A DNA stretch of 42,074 nt from Candidatus Nanohaloarchaea archaeon. Lineage in GTDB: Archaea > EX4484-52 > GLR71. The stretch lies in the NCBI GenBank assembly GCA_013138765.1, contig WTCB01000067.1, positions 1-42,074 on the forward strand. Direction: 5' to 3'. The notes under the pieces were generated by a model. That model did no database searches. It was not told where the DNA came from and saw only the letters and a program-made list of their open reading frames with translations. A program made the position numbers and the translations under genes. Shown piece after piece: positions 21,001 to 24,179 of the stretch (positions are counted from its first letter, which is position 1; every line of letters begins with the position of its first letter).

Positions 21001-22139
21001 GACGAAAGGCATATATGTCGTACTTAGATAAGAAGAAGAAGGCTGCAAGATACATATTCCCTATGGATTATTCAAAACTGCCGCAGAAGGGTGAAGAAAG
21101 TGTTAAGGTGGGTAAGATTGCAGAGACTGATGTCAATGCGTATATCAATATAAAGAATCTGACTATGCACTCAATTGCGGCAGGCGGTACAGGTTCAGGA
21201 AAGAGTGTAACTGCCATGTCAACAGCTGAAGAACTTTTAGATTTAGGCCTGCCTGTAGTTGTGTTTGATCCAACAGCTCAATGGTCCGGATTTATAAGGC
21301 CATGCAAAGATCAGCATATGCTTGATCTGTATCCTAAATATGGCCTTAAACCGGAACATGCTAAATCATATAAGACAAACATAATTGTTGTTGAAAGTGC
21401 AGATAGTCTAACTGATGAAGAGATAGATATTCGTCAGTATATGAAACCTGGCGAAATAACAGTATTTGTCATGAGTAAGCTGTCGTCATCAGAACTTGAT
21501 AAGTTTGTAAGGAGGACAATCAAGAGCATATTTGCGATTCAGTGGCCGGAAGCAAAGACTTTGAAAGTGCTTATAGTCTATGATGAGATGCATAGGCTTT
21601 TGCCTAAATACGGTGGTAAGGGCGGTTATCTTGAACTTGAACGTGGATGCCGTGAATTTAGAAAATGGGGTCTTGGTCTGTTTATGATATCTCAGGTATT
21701 GGCGGATTTCAAGGGCGCAATAAAAGCTAATGTCGCAAATGAAATTCAGTTAAGGACAAAGTATAATGGTGATATACAGCGTATCAAGCAAAGATATGGT
21801 CCTGATTATGCTACCCGTGTGGCAAGACTTACAGTCGGTGCAGGACTTATACAGAATCCGGAGTACAACGAAGGTAAACCATGGTTTATCCAGTTCAGGC
21901 CACTCAGACATGACACGGGCAGATTAAGCAATGAGGAGCTTGATGTCTATATGGGCCTGAAGAAATCAATTGATGAGATTGCGTCAAAAATTGCTAAATT
22001 TAAATCAAAAGGTGTAGATACTTATGATATTGAGATAGAACTCAATATGGCCCGTACAAAGTTGCAGCAGGGTGTATTTAAGATGTCTGAAACATACATA
22101 CAATCTTTGAAAGCAAGACTTGAGTCCATGTCATCTTAG
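3..22139 (+). CDS. Giant repeat-rich surface protein, 5'-truncated by the window edge (at least 7,378 codons visible). It comprises a huge N-x-S/T-rich ectodomain, a single TM helix and a C-terminal cytoplasmic FtsK/HerA-superfamily ATPase.
   Basis: The ORF track gives 66..22139, ending at TAG 22137-22139. Translating the same frame from nt 3 to 65 gives INITLADECGLDISNAELNIT with no stop. That peptide matches the recurring 'N(V/I)T.RAN.TSDC' subdomain, so TTG-66 is an ORF-caller artefact and the gene starts upstream of the window. There are no in-frame stops over 22 kb in an AT-rich sequence. Confidence 0.9.
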   Translation: MNITLADECGLDISNAELNITLNNTDVGAADYCTDVINLGSGNYSCEWETTVTGVGRYDVIVKAYNVTYHNNGTITLVDSFRVIPPINNAPNLTNNTMLYDIDGWGATFNFSVEVYDKDYDTVNVSFWISSDNSTWVFEDSKNCTACNEWNQLNFSYDGFSCSDQQEWYYKFNATDYENDTELSGVNFTVEKDDVTVVYSVGGGNATYVNRTSPGTTQLIFSVFDADNVSNPVLSAGSNGSFWVSYNDTTYDTGYFNQTNSTGNLNYIFKPSCSPKYAIGPQNWTGGIKGDTCYFDTNDTESLIVYVVGEMNETLVTPLGGDFFENDNVSIRVNLTQECDVADIVVDAAVDFSVHHDTYSATCSVVNEADGNYNCTWNVTGAPGGWYNITVNSTRQYLNSISKLKINSFFHQINPVIFDASADKSSVVWGNDPAKSQVTFTVNVTDDDDTVDVYLWESLGSATGPWTLADQTTCVDCINTTKTFTRTYSACGEIGTWYWKINASDTDTLSDEEPVYNFNVTKRAVYFVHDSGNNTDVVRTGTNTTTLKVRAFDNYTDANLGSGMQGYFWVTTNGTATEIWGNQLSDTTDFQGYVEYDFEPGCSSPLYLTGTQDWKAGIMGGSCYLDTNSTFFELDINGSLSNSLDVPVPTERYEKETDMTFFGTLSDDCTATTGTYVSSADTVKFDVTGVNTYLCSAFTDFGNGTYSCDWNNIGPFLGLHNVTLNSTKAYYDASSVLVEEAFRIGIAPEMGETYVDVLSDGWGYNYTFKVEFRDMEPDDTDNITFYKAYSDAGPWYTVASEERFNGVSWSNITFNKIFDCSDLISGPYLYYKFNVTDSFGFTDESVIKNITLEKDDIDVIYISGEYVSIDREGSDSAYFKVLINDTDFGTVVAGDINATVWKTFDAASYDSGNATVTDANGYVNYSFDPDCGYSTSDAQYWLIGTTGNTCYANKNMTVPKQFAIVGQLKNNLYRPLQSSVFNVTDGVFFNVSTTTDCPAEGAQTGASVILNLTHSGSTTYECSPVNDEGTGVYNCTWDSTAKLEGNYTVNMTSTLVNYNLNNTWWTERFWLENKNTTYDNESVTPLSGGWSRNFTFNLSVLDIEADDVTCTLFTNTTGTWVERGQSIVTGGVGNCSILVWDFTPTDVGSASYKFMVEDAEISNTFNTTVFTGLTITKPVVSVTFESLNDTAVNRSDGSDTLVVRVYDTENKSYVNNSNVTFWVTTDGLNIDAGSVFTTNVTGHASFAFTPTCTPYYEAGHQLWLAGVTDDNYVNSNTTLNYTTTIYGQMTNLVSSPAGEKYLRGEENVTIRANITSDCSSLETMNETSVNFTITSQHTGTSYGCTTEIYNETTGYYNCTFDTGGKEPRGYNITMNSTQEFYLIDISTDVYSAGVESFWIETRPTLVAPNITPVSGGWGERHYFTVNSTDYDLDTLIVKAWFRKDGDSYAPANSLTNNTISGVDQYVTFSPKIFGTSDADTTWYYKFNVTASDGDGYTNETIEQSFYVEPDTTYLEYITGNNTIVNRSALPTDPDYNVTFMFRAWDVDKDPDAIIIGKKIKFYVTDDTVSNYRPYPALPTSYLYTNATGYQKYVFEPDCSYDVGPQKWKAGILDNPEFNSTNSSDFYFNITTVPLAAMLDYPIGAITFEKGVDNILLRGNVSDDCGLVSGANVNISVMQGGTTYAECYPAGDEMSGWYNCTIANTIHNTWPVGLYNVTIKADKAYYNDSDIFVVENAFRLVTRPVLSNPTATSTQGGTLGGWGELWTFTVDIQDPDFDSSNVSFWINRTGSWEFMDSVIWAQGNPTITFADKTFSCSGAVDLGVKQYKFNVSDDYDYTDEISSAMTLEKDDTDAIPTGTGGQSVDRNGTVTILLQTQLMDTDKGYSAVGPGVDGKVWITVNGSDVGSFDDGYALQTDASGYLNYNFDINCSYTTGEHAWMGGTSGSACYKDSAYPTEYFDSLGKLYTDVESPVNGSSYGTGTPVFFRVNVTSDCVDEGLIDSELKGIELQSPSSSWTSCSPINSEGGADLGWYNCTWDSTFKEPGNWTIRTNASNDTYYTAVNTWVDHFELLNNPPSYSDMDGTPDTGAWGTVYTFSVNFTDSDADDVDCDLYVTTDNGATWVLRNSTTLASPAVCNLTVSDFDCGDIGTDNYFKFGLDDGYNPINTTNVSGPNITVNNIEMIYVDGNDQDVDRSYGTLPLKVYVNDTIKGGSVSPAVAVYFNITIDGSTYVLDGSNTTSNGNATYEFTPSCSYYPGEQMWYAEVNDSCYTPKNTTEYNLTVYGTLTNTLDVPTGVEYFLNNNITLRANVTSDCAAEVMNETDVTFRYFRTGYSSTCPVNNESTGYYNCTFNNTGMPPGYYDFEMNSSQSFYNTDSRVFSYVYGISSFWLETLPILTAPTVSPGVGGWGETFYFVTNATDRDLDTMTVRLWLRKMPGGSWIMKNSTTAQGINQTVNLSTKFPSGGDMGDWEFNFTVTADDSWDVYGTQNVSFTVEANDVRIEILSGNDSIVNRSSLPGNSNPDVTFSVRIFDDDRDVLILDPVNTRFYVTKDGSNFETLATVSNDTSEFYVTLDPDCTYGIGPQMWKVSSVFSGNSWYKLTNTTDQNFNITTIPLSANIAEPNGITRVRGVDDIFIRVNVTDECGLVAGASSVVVVERSAIPYFTCPPDATMSDEANGYYNCTVPSASTTIWTTGEYDVKIDSSKAYYNSSVTYLKNNAFRLVTVSKLDNPVITSVSSIGSSDYGWGEDWTFEVDVLDEDNDNVNVYLWVNLTGSWELLNSTVCTNCGGSTHTISFTGHDFLCTDIGTPDFKFNVSDDYSYTNETAGTFNIIKDDTITYYGLIGDSSQIDREGNDAETFSIKIRDADVGAYVGTTIPNSTGKIFVTTDGATYDAGTSNTTNALGYLYYTFDPDCSYEVGAQKWYGGPRDDACYKDSNSPVFDTSLVGQLKSSIINPVYSSSVFVGSIVNLNASIFDECLVPVSGVSITHEAVSPFNIFEDIVPVVNNSVGHYNSTWDTMFHQGGNWSFRINASKINHYGNSTIFSNWTYLNNTVPVAENFTVSPEVEGWGRVYTYGVQIYDTQFDNITCDLYVSTDNGALWVLKNSTFIETVPTSGYANCTLSASDFDCSEIGTDNMYKFQIFDGTNKFNTSSISGPNLTVDTVSIEYIYGNDSIVNRSGAQTTLFSTRVLDVDKGSIPVMDSSSVTFWTTYDNAVYNTGSSVSTNSTGYADYIFNPACTPIKYEVGPQYWVAGVTDSCYSDINTSSNYTTTIYGSMDNQILSPLGTKFIEGIDNVTIRSNVTSDCSLEETMNETLVNFTMTSQYLGTQYGCTTEVYNETTGYYNCTFETSGKDPREYNITMNSTQMYYITNVTTSSYSSGTSSFRIENIPVMTAPTVSPGVGGWGEIFYFATNVTDADDDIMTVRLWLRKKPSGSWILKNSTTVQGSDVVVNLSTKFISGNDIGDWEFNYTVTADDSWDVYGTQNVSFTVEPNDVRIELISGDNSIVNRSSLPGNSNPDVTFVVSVFDDDRDILIADPANTRFYVTKDGINFTTLATVSNDSGYFYATLDPDCTYDVGPQMWKASSVFSGNSWYKMTNSSDFSFNITTVPLSANMVQPDGITRVRGVDDIFIRGNVTDECGLVDGASSVFTVEKSEIPYFTCPPDATVFDEDNGYYNCTVPSASTSGWSPGDFDVKIETSKAYYNSSETVTSANAFRLVTVPEVDNPVITTTSTMGISDFGWGEDWKFEVDIFDDDNDDVNVYLWVNLTGDWELLNSTVCTNCGGTTHTISFSGHDFVCSDIGTRDFKFNVSDDYSYINETSGAFNIIKDDTITYYGSVGDGSQIDREGNDDELFAVRVRDADVNAYAGSTIPAATGKIFVTTDGSTYDAGTSNTTDPSGYLYYTFNPDCSYGVGAQTWYGGPAGDSCYKDSNSPVFDTDFIGQLKSGIINPVYGSNIFVGNIVNFNTSIFDECIVPVSDVTITHEAASPFNLFEDIAPAVNNSIGHYNSTWDTMFHQGGNWSFRINASKTDYYSNSTIFSNWTYLNNTPPTVENFTVSPDVEGWGRIYAYEAQISDTQFDNITCDLYVSTDNGGSWILKNSTFIETVLTGGNANCTLSSSDFDCSEIGTDNMYKFQIYDGTNKFNTSSKSGPNLTTDTVSIEYLYGNDSVVNRSGNQITLFSARVLDVDKGSIPVMNDSSVTFWTTHNNVVYNTGIVISTNSTGYADYQFNPTCSPVNYGVGPQYWKAGVTDSCYAQTNFTQENYTTTIVGDLINTIENPAYGTEYLRGENVTLSSVTSPTITDDCLLGLENINNDITFYNEYGVANYSCSSEEVAGGYYTCTRNTTDMVARFYDTEMISWEPYYNNGTILLQDHIFVKTVPNMTDEVAITSVGGWGETFYFSVNVTDEDLDNVTLNLYVKDTASGFWGAPKNSTVLYSPQGEYVTLSWSDAPYCTVGIWEYRFEASDTHGDVSFTDSHNFTIEKDDVEVQYSFGDGSYVWRNGSDSTTLTLDIVDSDRNNLSVGTGTSARFWVTTDANDSGSWDIGKDTATLDGEIDYYFMQQFPEGGQKCDYTVGIQKWKGGIFNDICYKDKNSTEYDLSVNSSLVPNVTNVYSQGYLRGDHIPLLTSVYDDCGPVSNVTLSYSLLNMPNQYVCDKQNNVGWNESDGDYNCTWDSTNKPYKWYNVTASVSKEFFVPNMTSGNDRFFLGITPQLESLSVYPEVGGWGENHQFNVRLTSFDLATNNVSLWKSFDNVSWDLVNWQTVIMPIGQWVQFNERFTCNDYLTPPSGVNYYKIISENVFGFSSETLVYNYTLEYDNITLVITPATNDTVRRLGADDAFLEARIYDTDYGVYQNNTDANIWVTKDGATFSYNESCSSDDGYCGIIYNPQCDSGVGLQNWKIEVYDSCYQNINSTDVTLSVIGQLYSNVINPSLDDILNKNTTTSFNTTVFDDCDNNILDASVSWYNSTPILLGTGYNVSWNIPLNYTKGPETIITNSTRQYYDYGFNTTDVLVYGFSEISKILPLNLSSYLAGYDVPVQCIVIDANTTENLTDYNVSFYKNDVFQSSNLTDLNGTALWMWVTDSEPYGWYNISCKISNDDTLYYTPAVSYANTTVRVNRTLMIQSIVLSNPDIYRNDSFTPYDTNITVNIYDALFGPADNADVWFYNSTGFMDNCTTDAFGNCHIGYNAPDNITPQGYAVYVNATKAGLENSTTDNTTIGVYGLLYINITGPADDSSWSKAITLNLSSYIENENGYIDTATVDWYIDSGFVATGQNTTYPLVSQMPGPKTLQSNATRPYYVTGTDNISLNINGLVDVMWWFPLNGSKQAYPGSFDVQCLVKDNTSGLSVEGYAVDFWYLNDSSYVYNGTYATNELGLAGFTWYPESKGVLDFKCNITDNATVFYSPNIGEAFATIIIEDINPPAITNISIIPNKTIEANLNYTNITAVVTDDILVYSVIASITLPNGTVVNETMNNIFNDTYRVEYLSPIGGNYSVDIVASDSPPENNTNAVYAGNISVWGKADMVGERTDEYVAFGITQVSGESFMLTVNATNNGPANAYDVSITVTEDPIGTVTYNTTNYDCGNLSVGEMCSRDFLVTVPPKTAPQLITVYSTIWWDNPDKTPNSTVGITLIDVASNPVIDILEAFIQNQTVHGETTTIGTLTVSSAGNDYVDNIVLDKVGDTLALSCPLCNLTISKSTEETLPAGDYFISEISIDIPYGQSAGDYWTYVSAKSDNAPQDLVIVNATVPLDVTWERVPTTFGTILALVNTDTTLIGTITAKNNGNSERNMIVQSGGNGSLFVTKSPGSFTMGIGVSANVTINYSIPALTTQGMYYVQVHIRDSTADPADGITDFWLNVTDLPPVISNLSIVPLGYEPDVGHSNITAQVTDNVLVSQVWLNSTKPNGSEFIDYFTLNGSDAYLNYSENEIGVHKVKICANDTANLISCTQAYNISVMVNTTVVTETNITNVTIYGVLFDSGLNVTFNFTTFNAGYSRALEVNTTAAYPALWNVSPSQWSMGDIINTPYTGEAVLSIPKDVIGVYYINFTSNWTNYDGTNDTLMTPIKIVIGSNPELNVTDGPALLVIESGKSASQNLTLESIGNDNASDIQFNCTGGIACADFNASFDPATIMTLNKSDSANFTINISVPIGYSTGVYDGIFNVYTAKTNTSVNITVVIPANLTWAHNPIIISKDVVANTTGNFGSVRVSNIGNLPLGVSASVTNTTLFAVNSSWVDLPVGNHSDAMINYTAPELFSLNTYTAYFRTTNMTALPSTRETLLNITIHPLYLDILSPTSISPVLNVSEGKNLTAAFNLTYASVPLSDNVTWQINLTNDGLSHLVNITDINYSVVSNLWTINFTAPDILAGVGYDLVANVFDVLNNINVIAAEKDAVIYVDTIPPELSVDMVSSIINGSAVPIYVNTTDVGGMDYLLIEITMPNGTVVSYNATLISSVGNDYFYNLDFTETALLGPYPAVISAYDLSGNVNTTNATFDSYLPTYFSGYAYDLESVDNETAVPLEFNMYKNNVFELMHNINSDNVTGLYNESVYVRLYDVSVDVLNVTLNFNDFSMPPGGIFNPVVFGDIPVSLIGAGPKKAIYLDNAMDTNPNIIFDYSPYDDVAVSDLAVYQCDNWTIKTGCVNQWIRKNASVDTFSRTVSFNATSVTGAYALAQYLCGNNVCEADYGESNSICPTDCVIDVPSFPPMPAVPTSGGGGGAGDGASSGEGVGAGDGGAGGEGDLTPETVDEEVVPIEIKSTLLYITLAPGEKSIHSIEIKNNQDKRVTSQLSVDGLIWDLIQLEKTEITVDKKSTENVKISAYALPSTMPGIYTGDIVVKTGTMIYRTPVTVKVEVKKEALLDVIIETLSDIVKPGDEVKIMVTVKNMGETETVEDIILEYVIKNLYDDTVLTTYTETLAVNQSLSYIKSLEIPNITKEDRYVINVNAKYANGDKFATSAAVIDVSTKPWPIVILLRLSKSWVTYVILLIVLPGLYFGRKAYMSYLDKKKKAARYIFPMDYSKLPQKGEESVKVGKIAETDVNAYINIKNLTMHSIAAGGTGSGKSVTAMSTAEELLDLGLPVVVFDPTAQWSGFIRPCKDQHMLDLYPKYGLKPEHAKSYKTNIIVVESADSLTDEEIDIRQYMKPGEITVFVMSKLSSSELDKFVRRTIKSIFAIQWPEAKTLKVLIVYDEMHRLLPKYGGKGGYLELERGCREFRKWGLGLFMISQVLADFKGAIKANVANEIQLRTKYNGDIQRIKQRYGPDYATRVARLTVGAGLIQNPEYNEGKPWFIQFRPLRHDTGRLSNEELDVYMGLKKSIDEIASKIAKFKSKGVDTYDIEIELNMARTKLQQGVFKMSETYIQSLKARLESMSS
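4191..7160 (+). repeat. Three-module (~3 kb) super-repeat, oldest and most diverged copy
   Basis: It starts at the boundary motif FWIETRPTLVAP..GGWGE. Its module order (A-type 'LW.RK', B-type 'VNV..W.N.TG.WE', C-type 'CDLYV.TDNG') is the same as in the next two units. Unit length is 2970 nt. Confidence 0.7.
7161..10151 (+). repeat. Three-module super-repeat, copy 2 (2991 nt)
   Basis: It starts at FWLETLPILTAPTVSPGVGGWGETFYF. It is colinear with 10152-~12800 at roughly 80% nucleotide and 80-85% amino-acid identity by eye. The G-W-G anchors 7221/8235/9204 lie exactly 2991 nt from 10212/11226/12195. Confidence 0.85.
10152..13133 (+). repeat. Three-module super-repeat, copy 3 (2982 nt)
   Basis: It starts at FRIENIPVMTAPTVSPGVGGWGEIFYF. 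High identity to copy 2 extends to about nt 12800. The last C-subdomain (12800-13133) is diverged. Confidence 0.85.
14889..16265 (+). repeat. Two copies of a ~160-aa bi-domain unit (14889-15375 and 15789-16265), separated by an unrelated ~138-aa beta-rich segment
   Basis: By-eye alignment of ASVSWYNST...VQCIVIDANT...YNISCKISNDDTLYYTP with TATVDWYIDSG...VQCLVKDNTS...LDFKCNITDNATVFYSP. The shared W-Y, ATR.YY, VQC.V.D and C.I....FY.P positions line up. Confidence 0.5.
16266..18877 (+). repeat. Two tandem ~440-aa cassettes (16266-17594 and 17595-18877). Each is a 'D.PP.I.N.S..P' Ig-like domain followed by three CARDB/ASH(PapD)-like beta-sandwich domains. A third PP-type Ig-like domain starts at 19206.
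   Basis: Parallel motifs in both cassettes: EDINPPAITNISIIP / TDLPPVISNLSIVP / VDTIPPELSVDM; SNPVIDILE / SNPELNVTD; L(T/E)(V/S)..(A/I)GND..(D/N); and 'G.Y...(V/F)...' domain endings. Confidence 0.6.
20043..20105 (+). other. Four-Cys motif CGNNVCEADYGESNSICPTDC. It belongs to the CG.G.CE....E....CP.DC class common in archaeal and bacterial secreted proteins.
   Basis: Direct translation. The codons are in frame with the giant ORF. Confidence 0.7.
20154..20237 (+). other. Gly/Ala/Asp/Glu low-complexity linker (GGGGAGDGASSGEGVGAGDGGAGGEGD)
   Basis: Direct translation. This is the only G+C-rich stretch in the gene. Confidence 0.8.
20949..21002 (+). other. Single predicted transmembrane helix of the giant protein (SWVTYVILLIVLPGLYFG)
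   Basis: A hydrophobic run is followed immediately by RKAYMSYLDKKKKAARY, consistent with the positive-inside rule. N-x-S/T sequons are very dense before it and nearly absent after it. Confidence 0.75.
21180..21206 (+). other. Walker A / P-loop (AGGTGSGKS)
   Basis: Direct translation, matching GxxGxGK[ST]. Confidence 0.9.
21567..21593 (+). other. Walker B-like strand (VLIVYDEMH), of the hhhhDE.H type found in HerA
   Basis: Direct translation. It lies about 120 residues after Walker A. Confidence 0.7.
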
Positions 22140-22182
22140 AGATAAATAGGATTAAGATTAAAATATGATATAGGTTGATGAT

Positions 22183-24174
22183 ATGACCCGAAAAAAAGGC
22201 AAGGCTAAAGAAAGTGAATTCAGTGGTATGAGCCTGGATGGCCTTCAGGATAAAAAGAAAGAGATCAAAGATTTTCTTGCATCTTTAGAGAATGATTATC
22301 GTAATGCTACCATCTCTGAAAAAAGTTATAAACACACAAAAGAGATCAATCTGAAAAAAATGATTGATGTAAAAAAACAGCTTGAAGATTTTGGCATTAC
22401 TGATACTGATGATGAATCTGATTCAAGTTCTTCTACTGGCGGGGATAAATCAACAACTGCAGCTCCTGGTGCAACTGCGACAGATGCAACTTCGGGAGAT
22501 AATGCGTCTGTGAATAATGTTCCAGTTGATAATGTGCCTGTAGCTGAGGGTTCAGTCGGTAATGCATCTGTAGATCCTGTTGAGTCTTCATCGCAATCGA
22601 CAAATAATCAACAAGAGGATAAAAGTTCTGAAGTATCAGATGCTTTATTAAATGAGGATACTAAGCATCTGTCTATAGCGGATAAATTAAAGCAGTTTGT
22701 GGCATTATCAAATGCAGTCGCGGAGCAAAAAGCTAAGAACACATCAAGCGGTCCTGCAGGAGCTTCGGGTTCATCTGTTCCTTCTCAACCGGTTCAAACA
22801 GTTCAAGCATCCCAGACAAGTCAAGCGAGCAGTGCACCAGCACAGAATGTTGAGATGTTAATGCAAAAATTTTCAGAAAAGATCAATGTTGATCTTGAAC
22901 GCATCAAAGCCAATATCGATTCGTCTAAAGATATGCGTGCGTCGACAGATGAAAAGGTACAGACAGTTATGGAAGGCCTTACAGAACTTAGAACTACTGT
23001 GTTTCAAAGAGAAGCAGGGTTGAAAGAGCAGGAACTCAAGTTTACAAGGGTTAAAGAGCTTGTAGATGATATTGAACCTGAAAAGATCAACAAGGAATTC
23101 ATGAAACGAGATAAATTTATGTCTGAAATGGAAATTCGTATTGAAAAGTTAGAAGTTAAGATGGAAGATTTCATTAAAGCAATAAAACATACAGAAGGTC
23201 TGCTGAAAAGTATTGGCGGGCTTGAGAATGTGGCAGAGATTGATCATAAGGTTGCAAAAAAATTGGAACAGATAATTGAGACTGAAAAATCTATGGAGCA
23301 TCTCTCTTCAAAAATGGAAAAGATGTTTATCAGCATAAATCAGAAACTTGAAGATTTTGATACCTATGAAGCAAGACAGGAAAATATGAATGAAATAATG
23401 GATGATATGCTCAAGAACGTTGATCAGCTTGGTGTTAAATTTGAGAATTATATTGACAAAAAGGATATGATAAAAGTACAAGATAATGTGGATTCATTGT
23501 CTGAAAAGATAGAGTTGATGATGGGTATCCTGAAAAAAGCTGTTCCTTTTGCTGAAGCTGAAATTCCAAAAGAGCTCCAGGAGCTTGAAGAGAAACGTGA
23601 GGATATAGAAAGTATCTTATCTACACTTGAACATGAACATAATAAGAAACAGATTGCGGATAAGGACTATAAAAGTATCAAGAAAAAAAATGAAGTTGTT
23701 CTGGACAAGGTTAAATCAGATATTAACAAATTCATGAAAAAGATGAGTAAAGATGCGGCACATAATGTATCTTCTGGTCCAAAACAAAAGAGGGATACAA
23801 AAGAGCCAATTAAAGACACGACCAATAAAACAGATGTCGATGTTGAGTCGCCTCATGATAATACGGTTTCGGAAGAAAATGAAAAAGAATCAGATGAAAT
23901 TAAATCTGAAGCTGTTAAGTCGGAAGATGTTGAATCAGAGGCCGTCAAGTCAGATGATGTCAAGTCAGATGAATCCAATAAAGATGAAAATGAACAGGAA
24001 TCTGAGCCGTCAAAAAATGAGTCAAGTACGGCTGCTGAAAAAATAATTGAAAGACCTAAAGTTGAAAATGTTGATGTTAATGACCCATTGATTGTCGAAC
24101 TTGAAGAATCGCTTGCTCAAGGGCTTATTTCACAAGACACTTATGAAAAAACAAAAAAATTGATTACAGGTTGA
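22183..24174 (+). CDS. 663-aa coiled-coil protein with no TM or signal peptide. It has a disordered S/T/A/Q/N-rich linker, an acidic K/E/D/S-rich tail, and SHOCT-like short helical motifs near both termini.
   Basis: ATG 22183 lies 7 nt after an AGGT (22172-22175) and 43 nt after the giant gene's stop. Residues ~230-520 are heptad-like and rich in E/K/L/I/M. Sequon density is low, about 7 in 663 aa. Confidence 0.85.
   Translation: MTRKKGKAKESEFSGMSLDGLQDKKKEIKDFLASLENDYRNATISEKSYKHTKEINLKKMIDVKKQLEDFGITDTDDESDSSSSTGGDKSTTAAPGATATDATSGDNASVNNVPVDNVPVAEGSVGNASVDPVESSSQSTNNQQEDKSSEVSDALLNEDTKHLSIADKLKQFVALSNAVAEQKAKNTSSGPAGASGSSVPSQPVQTVQASQTSQASSAPAQNVEMLMQKFSEKINVDLERIKANIDSSKDMRASTDEKVQTVMEGLTELRTTVFQREAGLKEQELKFTRVKELVDDIEPEKINKEFMKRDKFMSEMEIRIEKLEVKMEDFIKAIKHTEGLLKSIGGLENVAEIDHKVAKKLEQIIETEKSMEHLSSKMEKMFISINQKLEDFDTYEARQENMNEIMDDMLKNVDQLGVKFENYIDKKDMIKVQDNVDSLSEKIELMMGILKKAVPFAEAEIPKELQELEEKREDIESILSTLEHEHNKKQIADKDYKSIKKKNEVVLDKVKSDINKFMKKMSKDAAHNVSSGPKQKRDTKEPIKDTTNKTDVDVESPHDNTVSEENEKESDEIKSEAVKSEDVESEAVKSDDVKSDESNKDENEQESEPSKNESSTAAEKIIERPKVENVDVNDPLIVELEESLAQGLISQDTYEKTKKLITG
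23908..23982 (+). repeat. Imperfect 5 x 15-nt tandem repeat encoding (E/D)-x-V-(K/E)-S pentapeptides: EAVKS EDVES EAVKS DDVKS DESNK
   Basis: Read directly: gaagctgttaagtcg / gaagatgttgaatca / gaggccgtcaagtca / gatgatgtcaagtca / gatgaatccaataaa. Confidence 0.7.
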
Positions 24175-24179
24175 TATGA

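Larger units (their letters stand above)
21051..21915 (+). other. FtsK/HerA-superfamily (DUF87/HerA-like) P-loop ATPase domain, predicted cytoplasmic
   Basis: It contains Walker A (HSIAAGGTGSGKSV), Walker B (KVLIVYDEMHRL), EFRKWGLGLFMISQ (compare the HerA GRK.G.G....SQRP block) and GAIKANVANEIQLRT (compare the FtsK IKAN.P.RIAF block). The motif order and spacing are typical of the superfamily. Confidence 0.75.

Noticed and set aside
3-22139. The giant ORF as an assembly chimera of collapsed repeats
   Set aside because: This cannot be excluded without reads. However, the repeat copies are 20% or more diverged, the reading frame is kept across every junction, and the module order is regular. 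I kept it as a caveat rather than as a finding.
23753-24046. 97-aa + strand ORF overlapping the 3' part of the 663-aa gene
   Set aside because: It is an alternative frame of a K/E/S-rich low-complexity coding region, with no independent start signal.
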